Positions 1-11,884 of a stretch of DNA of 64,000 nt are shown here, in pieces. The stretch is taken from the NCBI RefSeq assembly GCF_006345805.1, contig NC_042998.1:95604001-95668000 (forward strand), in the 5' to 3' direction. This stretch comes from Octopus sinensis (Eukaryota). A program made the position numbers and the translations under genes. The notes beneath the pieces are model-generated. The model saw only the letters and a program-made list of their open reading frames with translations. It was not told the origin of the DNA and did no database searches. Each line of letters begins with the position of its first letter. Within the stretch, counting starts at the first letter, position 1.

Positions 1-53
1 ACACACACATAAAATACACTTTAATTGATATATTTTCGCCAAAATTAAACATA

Positions 54-326
54 TCTAATATAATAAATGTGAATGTCTGCGTCACACTTTTTCAACTTTA
101 CTCCCAGAGGCCGTAGCCCAACATATACCATTTTGGAATCAGGCTGACTCCGTGAGTAAATTAAAAACATTCCGCGTCGAATCCGGACCTGCAATCCTGA
201 AGTTTTGGATTCCTATGTTTCCATTACTGCGATTGTTTTCGGCGATTTTGTTTTACGATGATTTTTAGTGACGAATATGATCATCATTGGAATATGACTC
301 TGGAGGAAGCAAGTGCTACATACTAG
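54..326 (+). mobile_element. Non-autonomous Helitron-like element
   Basis: Starts A|TCTAATATAATAAA, typical of Helitron 5' ends; CTAG at 323-326 is a possible 3' end, but the terminal hairpin is unclear. Confidence 0.45.
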
Positions 327-475
327 CTTAAAAGCCGCCCTATCGCGCGACTTTTAAGCTAATAATAAATATATAATAATAAATCTCTGAGCGAGGTATA
401 AACAGTAACTGCTCTGTAATATAAGCGGGATCAGCCATCTGAATGTGGCTAGGGACAGGGCGGGGTGGTGGGGGT

Positions 476-500
<25 letters not shown>

Positions 501-507
<7 letters not shown>

Positions 508-734
508 TTTCCTGTTGAAGGCCAGTTTATGGGTTTACCCTCGGTTTCCCGTCCATAAACGGTTTAACTTTATGGCGTGAAGTCAGACCCGGAGACCTGT
601 TGGCTTATAACTTATTTTAAAGAGGTCATAGGCCAACACATCTTGGGGTCTGAAGATACGCCATAAAGTTAAACCATTAATGGACGGGAAACCCAGGGTA
701 AGCGCATAAACTGGCCTTCATCAAGAAAAAATAT
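501..734. mobile_element. Foldback MITE-like palindrome
   Basis: TTGAAGGCCAGTTTATG...ACGCCATAAAGTTAAACC arms are reverse complements over about 100 bp; adjoins (TA)n. Confidence 0.7.
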
Positions 735-792
735 AAACTGCTCTACTTAGAGTGTGTTTCTTCTCCGGATTTATGTTTGTCTAAAATGAATT

Positions 793-908
793 CTGTAGAG
801 CCTCGGTTTTCGAATAATTCTGATCACAAATAAATCGTTCTGTCTTTTTCATATTCATTTAATACAGTAGTACCTCGGTTTATGAACGCCTCTGATCACG
901 AATAAATC
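793..908 (+). mobile_element. Two Tigger/Tc1-like terminal fragments
   Basis: CAGTAGTACCTCGGTTTATGAAC...CTGATCACGAATAAATCG and a diverged copy at 793-838. Confidence 0.4.
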
Positions 909-914
909 GAGCGT

Positions 915-1060
<146 letters not shown>

Positions 1061-1066
1061 ATACCG

Positions 1067-1133
1067 GAGTTTCACGTTCCCGTTCGTCGGACAGTTTTTG
1101 CAAAAACTGTCCGACGAACGGAACGTGAAACTC
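1067..1133. repeat. Near-perfect 67-bp palindrome
   Basis: GAGTTTCACGTTCCCGTTCGTCGGACAGTTTTTG / CAAAAACTGTCCGACGAACGGAACGTGAAACTC. Confidence 0.9.
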
Positions 1134-1202
1134 AGAGTAACAGGTTTTGTTGAATTTTCTGCTGCTTTAAATAAAGTATATATATATATATATATATATA
1201 AT

Positions 1203-1531
1203 AGCGTGGCTGTGTAGTAAAATGCATGCTTCCCAACCATATAGTTCTAGATTCAGTACCGCTGCGTGGCACCTTGGGCAAGTCTCTTCTACTATAGTCT
1301 CTGGCCGACCAAAGCCTTGTGATTTGGTGGGCGGAAATTGAAAGAAGTCCATCGTATATGTATATACATGCGTATATATTTGTGCATTTGTGTCTGCCTT
1401 TGTCCCCCCCTTCCCAATTGATAACCGATGTTGGTGTGTTTACATCCCTATATCTAGCAGTTCAGCAAAAGTGTCGATAGAATAAGTACTAGGCTTAAAA
1501 GATAAGTCGTGGGGTCGATTTGTTCGACTAA
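1203..1531 (+). mobile_element. tRNA-derived SINE, family A (octopus OK/OR-like group; exact family not verified)
   Basis: Head GCGTGGCTGTGTAGTAA...GTTCTAGATTCAGTACCGCTGCGTGG; body and tail GATAGAATAAGTACTAGG...GGGGTCGATTTG recur many times in the window. Confidence 0.8.
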
Positions 1532-1560
1532 ACACACACACACACACACATATATATATT

Positions 1561-1829
1561 CTTTTATTTGTTTCAGTCATTTTGACTGTGGCCATGCTGG
1601 ACCACCGCCTCTAGTCGAGCAAATCGACCCCAGGGTTTATTCTTTGTAAGCCTAGTACTTATTCTATCAGTCTTTTTACCGAACCGCTAAGTTACGGGGA
1701 CATAAACACACCAGCATCGGTTGTCAAGCAAACACAGACACACAAACATTTACACACACATACAAATATATATTTATATATATATATATATATATATAAG
1801 CTATTTACCACACAGCCACTCTTGCGCCT
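1561..1829 (-). mobile_element. SINE family A, internally deleted
   Basis: Reverse-strand tail TTTCAGTCATTTTGACTGTGGCCATGCTGG and head remnant TACCACACAGCCACTCTTGCGCC. Confidence 0.75.
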
Positions 1830-1840
1830 ATATATATATA

Positions 1841-2352
1841 TCTATATATATAAAACTGTAGTTGTGTGAGTGTCTGTCTCCTACGATTTAGATTCCTAAC
1901 TCCTCCCACATTTTGCGGTGTGCAGTTTAACCAAATTCGGGTATCTTATAGTCGTGATTCATATCGAGCCCGTCTGAGTATAGTGCGCGTCTACGATGAG
2001 TCACGATTTAAAAATAATTTAACATCATTTTTTATTCCATTTTTTAATGCATAATTTTCGTGTGTCGATGGCGGCGGAGTTGGCGTCCACGCTCAAACAC
2101 CTGCACCTGTGTTTCTTCTCCCCCTTCTTCTCTCCCTCGCGAAGCTGTGGGGAAGGGAGTTTAGGAAATCAACGTCGTAATGCGTTGTCAAGGAGACCAG
2201 CGTTCTTTTAGAACAACGACTTCATGGCTTGAAGACACCAAAACAAAAATGGCTAGAAAGCCCGAATTGGCATCTATAAAGGAAGTACTCTCTAAAAATG
2301 CTATATAGTTATTTCCCTTACAAACCCGAGCAACGCCGGGCGATACTGCTAG
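1841..2352 (+). mobile_element. Non-autonomous Helitron
   Basis: A|TCTATATATATAAAAC 5' end; 3' hairpin CCCGAGCAACGCCGGG (2325-2340) then CTAG|T; inserted between A and T. Confidence 0.8.
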
Positions 2353-2431
2353 TAATATATATAATATATATAGTATATATATATATATTATATATATAGA
2401 TATATATATATATATATAATATATATATATA

Positions 2432-2587
2432 TGGGAGAGTTCGCGAAAAGACAAAAGACGAAGGTGGTGTATAAACAAAACAGATGTATTAGTATAACGC
2501 TCAGGAATTGAAAAAGTCTTTTACGTTTCAAGCCTACGCTCTTCCTACAGAAAGGGACACAGAAAAAAAAAAAAAGGAGAGAAACCT

Positions 2588-2590
<3 letters not shown>
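2432..2590 (-). mobile_element. PLE-like terminal fragment with hammerhead-like motif
   Basis: Minus strand CTTT-CTGTAGGA-AGAGCGTAGGCTT-GAAACGTA-AAAG; same family as 48040-48385 and 5788-5975; TA-flanked. Confidence 0.55.
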
Positions 2591-2637
<47 letters not shown>

Positions 2638-2689
2638 TATGTTTGTATGTATATATATATAGGCCTAGGAAACCACAAAAAAAAAAAAC

Positions 2690-2880
2690 CAGCGTGGGGA
2701 CGCGGTATATGTAATGTATTAGCAGACACCCAGAAAAGGAAAGAAAGATGGTTTAACGTTTCGAGCAGACGCTCTTCTTCGGAAACAGAGGAAAGTCCAA
2801 CAGAAGGGAAGACGGAGGAAGAAAATCGCCAACGATTCACAATGTGGTTAGATTTTGAAATGACCGGAAGGGAATGGTGA
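2690..2880 (-). mobile_element. PLE-like terminal fragment with hammerhead-like motif
   Basis: Minus strand GTTT-CCGAAGA-AGAGCGTCTGCTC-GAAACGTT-AAAC; related to 13930-13964. Confidence 0.55.
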
Positions 2881-3304
2881 AGAAAAAGTTCTTTCTAATA
2901 GGAGGTGTGTGTATGTACGTGCGCGCAGGTCTGTGTGTTTGCGTATGTGTTTATGTGTTGTGTGTGTGTGTGTATGTGGTTTTGGTTGTTTATATGTGCA
3001 TGTGTGAGTGAACTTTGTGTCTCTTGGTGTTGTAGGAAGAATTTAGTTGTAGGAGTGGCTGTCGTTTGTGTAGCGCGTTTTTTCACATGTGCGTAGGTGA
3101 ATGGTCAGTAGAAAGGTGTTGCAGTAGCAGTTTGAAGTATGTGTGTGCCTGTGTATGTACTTGTGTGCGTTCTTCTATGTGTGTGTGTGTGTGTGTGTGT
3201 GTGCGTGCTTGTGTGTGTATGTGCGTATGTGTATATGTCCATGTATGTGTAATTGTGTGCGTGTATGTATGAGCGTTTTGTGTGTATGGGAAGTATGTGT
3301 GCGT

Positions 3305-3508
3305 TCATTTTATTTGTCTCAGTCATTTGACTGTGGCCATGCTGGAGCACCACCTCGAAGGACTTTAGTTGAACAAATCGACCCCAGAATTTGGTCGGCC
3401 GGAGACAATAGTAGAAGATACTTGCCGAAGGTACCACGCAGTGGCAATGAACCCGGAACCATTTGGTTGGTAAGCAAGCTACTTACCACACACCCACTCC
3501 TGCGCCTA
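3305..3508 (-). mobile_element. SINE family A, internally deleted
   Basis: Tail joined directly to head TACTTACCACACACCCACTCCTGCGCC. Confidence 0.75.
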
Positions 3509-3514
3509 TGTATG

Positions 3515-3610
<96 letters not shown>

Positions 3611-4179
3611 GTGTATTGATAAAAAGGAGGCAGTCAGAATATTGGATAATTCTTTACTAGTGCTTTCTTTCGTTTATCGAACTCGTGACGACAAAATCAA
3701 AATGATAGAAACGGAAAGTTTGCTTGTTCGTTTATATGAATCGAAAGTTTTTTTACTTTGTTTAGTATAGGAGAAAAAATATTATTTTTTGTGTTTTTGA
3801 AAAAGCGGGGAAGAAAGAAAGAAAAGCAAAGAGGTGGGAAATAGAGACAGAGAGAGACTTCAGGACTATCAAGAAAAAGGAGGAAGAAAGGAAAGGGTGG
3901 GGAAAGGATTGATAGATCGAGAGAGAGGGAGGTTTCTTTTCATTTTGATGTAGTCAAACAATTGAAATTTTATTACAAAGCATTTCTCTTTTCTTTTTTT
4001 ACTTTCTCCTATTTCCCTTCTCGTTGTATACATATCAACATGTTTGTAAATAAACACATTTTCTCACAAGGTCTAGATGACCCTTCAAGATGTCAATTTT
4101 AGGAAGTAGGATGGGAAAGATAAGAAAAGGGAGAAATGGAGTGGTCATCACTACTCTCTCTTTTACTCTCTTTTGCTTC

Positions 4180-4365
4180 TTTCAGTCATTTGATTGCGGC
4201 CATGCTGAAGCATCGCCTTTAGTCGAGCAAATCGACCCCAGGACGTATTCTTTGTAAGCCTAGTACTTATTCTATCGGTCTCTTTTGCCGAACCGCTAAG
4301 TTACGGGGACGTGAACATACCAGCATCGGTTGTCAAGCGATGTTGGGGGGACAAACACACACACA

Positions 4366-4415
<50 letters not shown>

Positions 4416-4575
4416 CGACGGGCTTCTTTCAGTTTTCGCATACCAAATTCACTCAGAAGGCTTTGGTCGGCACGAGGCTATAGTAGAAGATACTTGCCCA
4501 AGGTGTCACGCAGTGAGACTGAACCCAGAACCATGTGGTTGGTAAGTAAGCTACTTACCACACTCCACTCCTACG
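4180..4575 (-). mobile_element. SINE family A, full length
   Basis: Tail, central (CA)n/(TA)n and head all present. Confidence 0.85.
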
Positions 4576-4788
4576 CGATTGCAAAGTTTGAAAAGGAAAA
4601 GAGTTCAAAGTCCTATGGAAATGTATATTCTTTAACACTTGTATAGCCAAATCCCATATTCTGTGTAATCCAATGGTTTGCACACAAAAAAAAGAAGAAA
4701 AGAAAACAAACAAACAAAAACACCATTAAGATAATAAGAAAATAAGAAATTAAGAAAATAAAGTTAGAATTAAAAAAATAATTTGAGT

Positions 4789-4824
<36 letters not shown>

Positions 4825-4834
4825 TATATATATT

Positions 4835-5150
4835 GTTGTTGTTGTTTGTTCCTTCTCAAGCCACGCCTGGCTCATAATGGGCCGGTTTCCCCGGTTTCAT
4901 TAGCGTATAGGTTCCCCACCTGGATGGGACGGCGGTCCATCGCATGTGAGCTGGTATATGCAGAAGGAAAGAGTGAAAGAAAGTTGTGGTGAAAGAGTCA
5001 GCAGAAGTTCGCCATTACATTCTGCCGCAGCCACGTGGAGCTTAGGTGTTTTGCTCATAAACACACACATCACCCGGTCTGAGAATCGAACCCGCGATCC
5101 CTCGACTGCGAGTCCGCTGCTCTTACCACTTGACTATGTGCCTTCAACCC
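4835..5150 (-). mobile_element. tRNA-derived SINE, family B head, tail type 1
   Basis: Minus head GGCACATAGTCAAGTGGTAAGAGCAGCGGACTCGCAG...GGTTCGATTCTCAGACCGGG; body ATGCGATGGACCGCCGTCCCATCCAGG; (AAC)n tail. Confidence 0.7.
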
Positions 5151-5207
5151 ACACACACATATGTATGTATGTACATAAATGTATGTATATATGCATATAT
5201 ATATATG

Positions 5208-5249
<42 letters not shown>

Positions 5250-5260
5250 TATATATATAT

Positions 5261-5291
<31 letters not shown>

Positions 5292-5330
5292 GAATATATA
5301 TATGGTGTGTGTGATTGTGTATAGAAAGAT

Positions 5331-5762
5331 ATATTAATAAAGAATCCAACCTTGTCTGATTTTCACGTTTTTTTACAATCTTATAATGATATATTATAAA
5401 TAATAGTATTATAATTGAATAAATAAAATGAGATAGTAGAATGTTAAATATTCCTTCTGATTGAACTAGTACTTTCATGCATTGAATTCTGCAATCTTCG
5501 GGTCATGTAGTAGTGGTGACAGTCATGCTTCACATTTTTGACTGTCAAAAATTGTGAAGCATGACTGTCAACACTACTACATGAACCCGAAGATTGCAGA
5601 ATCATGCCCAATGAAAGTACTAGTTCAATCAGAATGAATATTTAACATTCTACTATCTCATTTTATTTTATTCAATTATAATATATGATTTATATATATC
5701 ATTATTAAGATTGTAAATAAAACGTGAAAATCAGACAAGGTTGGAATTCTTTGTATTAATAT
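5331..5762. repeat. About 430-bp palindrome with 1-nt loop
   Basis: Centre TTTTTGAC-T-GTCAAAAA at 5543; arms remain complementary out to TTAATAAAGAAT / ATTCTTTGTATTAA. Confidence 0.9.
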
Positions 5763-5787
5763 ATATATATTATATATATATATATAT

Positions 5788-5975
5788 TCGTTAGCTACGC
5801 ACGCATTTTTTTCTCTCCTTTCTTTCTGTGTTTTTCTCTCTGTGTATCTTTCTGTTGAGAGCGTAGGCTCGAAACGTTAAGATTGTTTTATTTATATTCA
5901 TGAGCGCCATATATACAATGTGTTGTTTGTTTTCCACCTGCCTTCGTCTTTTGTTTATTTTCATAAGCTTCCCGT
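5788..5975 (+). mobile_element. PLE-like terminal fragment with hammerhead-like motif
   Basis: CTTT-CTGTTGA-GAGCGTAGGCTC-GAAACGTT-AAG; TA-flanked. Confidence 0.55.
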
Positions 5976-6003
5976 ATATATATATATATATATTATATGT
6001 ATA

Positions 6004-6236
6004 AGTGGAGGCACAATGGCATTGCGGTTAGGGTAGCGGATATTCGCGGTCCCAGACGGGCGTTGTACGGCAGGGGGTGGTGATACCTGCTGTAATCTTC
6101 CCCACTCTTTCTTCTGTTGGCCTGCTCGCATTAGCCAGCGGGGTGGCTCATTCGAAGGCTAAAACAATGCGAACGCATTGTGGCCAGCGATGTGTAACTA
6201 CATATGATATACTGGTCGGTCACGTGATCGCGTGAT
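6004..6236 (+). mobile_element. SINE family B head, tail type 2
   Basis: GTGGAGGCACAATGGC...GGTTAGGGTAGCGGA head; tail CATTAGCCAGCGGGGTGGC...GGTCGGTCACGTGAT. Confidence 0.65.
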
Positions 6237-6387
6237 AGATATTATATATATGCATAATATATATATATGCATATATATATGCATATATATATATATGCAT
6301 ATATATATATGTATGCATATATATATATATATCATGCATATATATATATATGCATATATATATATATATATATTATATTATTATATT

Positions 6388-6440
<53 letters not shown>

Positions 6441-6722
6441 CATATATACATACATATATTATACATACATATATACATATATATATACATATAATATATA
6501 TATTATATTTATAATTTATACATTATATAGTATATATTATTTATATATATATATACATATATATATACAATATATATAATATATATAACATTATATATAT
6601 TATATACATAACATATATATATATATACATACATACTAATATATTATATTATATATATATATATATATAATATATATATATATATAATATATATATATAA
6701 ATATACATATACATATATATAT
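6236..6722. repeat. Degenerate (TA)n-rich tract
   Basis: Direct reading. Confidence 0.95.
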
Positions 6723-6734
6723 TTCTATTTTGCC

Positions 6735-6862
6735 CACAAGGGGCTAAACATAGAGGGGACAAACAGGACAAAGGGATTAAGTCGATTAGATCGACCCCAG
6801 TGCGTAACTGGTACTTTATTTATCGACCCTAAAGGGATGAAAGGCAAAGTCGACCTCGGCGA
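6735..6862 (-). mobile_element. SINE family C, 3' part
   Basis: CCCACAAGGGGCTAAACATAGAGGGGAC...GGATGAAAGGCAAAGTCGACCTCGGCG. Confidence 0.8.
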
Positions 6863-6878
6863 TATGTATGTATTTATA

Positions 6879-6934
<56 letters not shown>

Positions 6935-7163
6935 ATAAATGAATTATTTTGTTACGGATTATTCAAAATTTAACCGATACCTGGGTAGCAAAAATCACAA
7001 CAGAAATAACACGGTTGCGGTTACGACCATGGGGTGTCGCAACCGTGCTTTAGCGCGGATAATTGAAGTTCTATATATTTAGTGAGGGAAGAAATGGAGC
7101 TGAAAATGTTCGAAATGTTCGAAAAGCTTGCTGCGCATTTGTTTGGAGATTTTAATTCCTGGA

Positions 7164-7246
7164 TTTTCCTGAAGAGAAAGCTGCAAAATGGTCTCCTTAT
7201 TCAATCCGAATTAGGGATTTGCAGCCTTTGAAACATGTGTAGAAAA
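7164..7246 (+). ncRNA. Candidate type I hammerhead ribozyme with canonical core
   Basis: UUUUC-CUGAAGA-[GAAAGCUGCAAA...UUUGCAGCCUUU]-GAAAC-AUGU-GUA-GAAAA: 5-bp stem I, 12-position stem II with one mismatch, GUA cleavage triplet at 7239-7241. Confidence 0.7.
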
Positions 7247-7282
7247 TAATAAAGAGGAATTTTGTAGAATCTTCTTCCCTCA

Positions 7283-7632
<350 letters not shown>

Positions 7633-8399
7633 TATATATTTGTTTGTTTTACGTACATTTGTTTCCGTTGGTACAGTTTGGGATGGGATTATTTGCGAAA
7701 TAGGAGTGTCTGAAAAGCTAATGTATTTTGATTTGACTGACTTACTCGTATACGTTTATTGATATATAACGAAGAATGAAAATGTATACACGACTATATA
7801 TTTGTTCTTCACTTTAGACTATTTTGTTTTTTTTCATCATCGTCATCCCCACCACCACCACCACCACCACCACTATCATCATCATCATCATCATCATCAT
7901 CACATAAATGATGATAATGATGATGAAGGACAAACAAGATATATCTAAAGTGAAGAACGAACAAATAGTGCATGTGTTTATTTGGCAAAACAAAAACAAA
8001 AAAAAAAGAAAAAAAATGACTTCTTCCAAATATAACAATATCTGTTTCAAAACAATTCCATAGGAATTTATTGATATACGTATATGACAATGACGTTTAT
8101 TGAACGAAACACGGGTGTATCCAGGATTTCGACCGAAGGAGTTTTCAGTACTTAAAATAGATCCACCACTTGCCATCTAATTTGTGAAAAATACTTGCAA
8201 AGAGTTGTAGAGGAGGGTTTATTTTTTTTCAACTCATTGGCTCCACTGGTTATGAGGACTATAAATGCGGTTTGTTTTTTCTCTACCGAATATTTCTGGC
8301 AGTCAGATGTGATCCGATAGACTCAGATTTGACGCCCGACATATTTGCGTTTATAGCAATTTCGACACATTCGTTCAGGCCGTTGAGATTTTAGCTCTT

Positions 8400-8570
8400 G
8401 GTAGGCGGCGAGCAAGCAGAATCGAAAATGCACCGGAAAAAATCCTTAGCGGCATTTCTTCCGACTTTACGTTCTGAGTTCAAATGCGGGCAGGGTGAAC
8501 GTTGTCTCTCATCATTTTGGAATCGATAAAGTAAGTATCAGTTAAATACTGAGATAAGACTATTCCCATT
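8400..8570 (+). mobile_element. SINE family C, diverged
   Basis: GGCGGCGAGCAAGCAGAATCG...TTCTGAGTTCAAATGCGG. Confidence 0.7.
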
Positions 8571-9063
8571 CCCTAAGATCGGAAACAGTTTTTGCTATTA
8601 GTCCTTCTAGTTAATCAATCAACTAACCATTTGCTTGATTAATCGTTTGGTCACTATGTTGGTTGGTGTGGCTTGACAGAGTCCCATTGTTGCCATATGT
8701 GACTTTACTATTGACGTACTGTCCTTACTTCAAGCCCGTCTTGATTCTGTGCTAAATATACAACATAACTCTTTGAAGCAGTTGTAAACACAACAAAACT
8801 CATTCTACACCATTTTAGACATCATTTTGTTTTGTTTGAAACTTAAAATTTATCAAATTAGACATTAGTATGGGTAAAAATTGACTTGGAATCCAACAAT
8901 TAAAAGAATATTGATTATTAAACACCAAAAATTATCCGGTTATTTTACTGGCAACCTTAATTACAATAGGGTAAAAGTTGAGGGAAAATTTCTTGAAAAA
9001 AAGGACCTGCCACCTGACTAAGCTTCGGACTCCCTCAACTTCAACAACAACACCTATACATTA

Positions 9064-9167
9064 TTTACATTCGACGCATATTTGTCCTCGTCTTGTTTGT
9101 TGTTAACGCAACATATGCCCACGGGCACATGGCGTTGTGGTTAAGAGCACGGGCTACTAACCCCAAG

Positions 9168-9237
<70 letters not shown>

Positions 9238-9432
9238 TAATAATAATAATAACATCGAAGAATACCTTAGGAATGAGAACCTAGGTTCGAAATTTCCCCA
9301 AGACACCTGAAGAAGGTGGAGGGTATATCAGCCGAAACGTTGTGTTAACAACAAAACAAGATGAGGACAAATATCCGTCGAATGTAAATAATGTAAACAA
9401 TGTACATAATTCCTCATCTCTTAAATATAGAA
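9064..9432 (+). mobile_element. tRNA-headed SINE with (AAT)n middle and hammerhead-like tail, preceded by a short inverted copy of its tail
   Basis: Head GGCGTTGTGGTTAAGAGCACGGGCTACTAACCCC; tail CTGAAGAAGGTGGAGGGTATATCAGCCGAAACGTTGTG; 9064-9112 is the reverse complement of the tail. Confidence 0.7.
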
Positions 9433-9756
9433 CTGAACAACACCTATGCTGATCAGCTTTTCTCCTAAAGATGATGCAACAGTACAAAATGGTGATGCAA
9501 TACTTGCAATGTGATTGTTTCAAACAGGCAGGGAGAAAATAACAAGAAATCGGAAGTTACTAATTTTGTTCCGGTTACTTATTCCCCACCGCCTCCTACG
9601 CATATGTTCACTCCACTGGATCAAACCTTTACCATTCAGAAGACTCTGTTAAATGTAATGCTTACGTATTCATATTGTTTTGAATTTACCATGCATTATC
9701 GCGGAACTTCGTGATTTTGATGATGTAGATTTTTATCTTTTACCATGTACGTGTTT

Positions 9757-10095
9757 CAATCATTAGACTGGGGCACCGCCTTGAAGAATTTTAGTCGAAC
9801 GAATCGACCCCGATACTTTATTTTAAGCCAGTTACTTATTCTATCGGTCTCTTTTACCGAGTTGCTAAGTTACGGGATGTAAACAAACCAAGACCGATTA
9901 CCAAGCGTTGGGAGGGGGACAAACAACACACACACACACACATATGCGACGGGCTTCTTTCAGTTTCTACTAAATCCACTCACAACACTTTGTTCGGTTC
10001 GAAGCTATAGTACGAGACACTTGTCCAAGGTACCACGCAGTGGGACTGAACCCGGGATCATGTGGTTGGGAAGCAAGCTTCTTACCACACAGCCA
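9757..10095 (-). mobile_element. SINE family A
   Basis: Family motifs on the minus strand. Confidence 0.8.
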
Positions 10096-10862
10096 TACCT
10101 GGCAACTGTAATGCTATATCCGCTAGATTCCACTCCCCTCACCCCACCCCCACCCCACCCGATCAGCTCCGAAGAAAGGAATGATGAGAAGCATAGTGGG
10201 CAGAAAACTAACTATATTTCAAGTGAGCAAAGGTTCCCAAGGAATATCAGAAGGCTGACGTCATGCGTTGGCGGAAATGGGAGTGGACACAGGTAAACGT
10301 TTAACACAATAGGAGCTTTTTTTTTTCCTTTTTAACTCCTTTCATCGCAGGCTTGAGATCAATCACTAACTATTCAAGCTATTTGTAACCACTCCCATTC
10401 TGCCAAAACAGAGTAGGTGTGGTCATACGTAGCTTTAGCCCATTCGTACTCAAGAACGTATTACATTGACATTCTTCTGTAACACTTCCTGAAATGAACT
10501 CCTCACTCTTTGTCCATGCCTAAGTTTTTGATCAAATTTCGGCCTTACTGACCTTTGGTCATCTCTTTTGAGTAAAATGCTTTCTCCATCGCATCAGTAT
10601 TGATTGTTCATGATCTCTTATTTTCTCTTTCTATTTTTCTTTTCCCCCGTCCCTTGTTCTTCCTTTCTTCTCTATCTATCTTCAACCTTTGACCGAAGTA
10701 GGCCGTATTTACTGACCTTTGGTCATCTCTTTTGAGTAAAATGCTTTCTCCAACGCCTCATTACTGTTCATGATCTCTCCCTTTTCCCATCTCTTTCTCT
10801 CTTTCCTTCTTTCTTTCTTTTTTCTTCCTTTATTCGTCTCTTTCTTATATCTCTCTCTCTAT

Positions 10863-10933
<71 letters not shown>

Positions 10934-11339
10934 CCTAACAACTTACCTACCTACCTGTCTATCTGTCTGTCTGTCTGTCTATCAACCTACCTACCTACCT
11001 ACTTACCTACCTACCTACCTACCTAACTACCTAACTACCTATTTAATCGGTACTTTTTGGTTATCTCACTCCATTGAAAAATCGGGTTATCTCCCCCTGT
11101 TTTACGAGAAATATCGGTACCTTTGGTCATCATCTTCAACTAAAAAAAAATTGCTTAACCCTCAATAAAAAAAAAAGAAAAATGAATAAACATAGACGGT
11201 GAAAAGATGAAACATCATTTTGAATCTGATATTTTAATAACAAATCCTACAAAACTAAAAGAAATTAATGAACAGGAATACGGAAAAAAAAATTATAAAC
11301 ATGAAAATTGAAAAAAATTAAACATCATTTTGAATCTCT

Positions 11340-11558
11340 TTTACTCTTTTATTTGTTTCAGTCATTTGACTGTGGCCATGCTGGAGCACCACCTTTAGTC
11401 GAGCAAATCGACCCCAGGACTTATTCTTTGTAAGCCTAGTACTACTTATTCTATCGGTCTCTCCTGCCGAACAGCTAGGTTACGGGGATGTAAACACAAC
11501 AGAATCGATTGTCAAGCGACGTCGGGTGACAAACACAGACACACAAACATTTACACTC

Positions 11559-11595
<37 letters not shown>

Positions 11596-11730
11596 AATCG
11601 ACCCAAGAACTTATTCTTTTGTAAGCCTAACACTTATTCTATCGGTCTCTTTGCCGAACCGCTAAGTTACGGGGACGTAAACACACCAGCATCGGTTGTC
11701 AAGTGATAGTGGGGGACAAACACAGACACA

Positions 11731-11769
<39 letters not shown>

Positions 11770-11872
11770 GAAGACACTTGCTCAAGGTGCTACGCAGTAG
11801 GACTAAACCCGGAACCATTAAACCCGGAACCATGTGGTTGGTAAGCAGGCTACTTACTACACACCCACGCCT
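11340..11872 (-). mobile_element. Partly duplicated SINE family A copies
   Basis: Body ATCGACCC...GAACCGCTAAGTTACGGGG appears twice before one head. Confidence 0.75.
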
Positions 11873-11884
11873 GATATATACATA

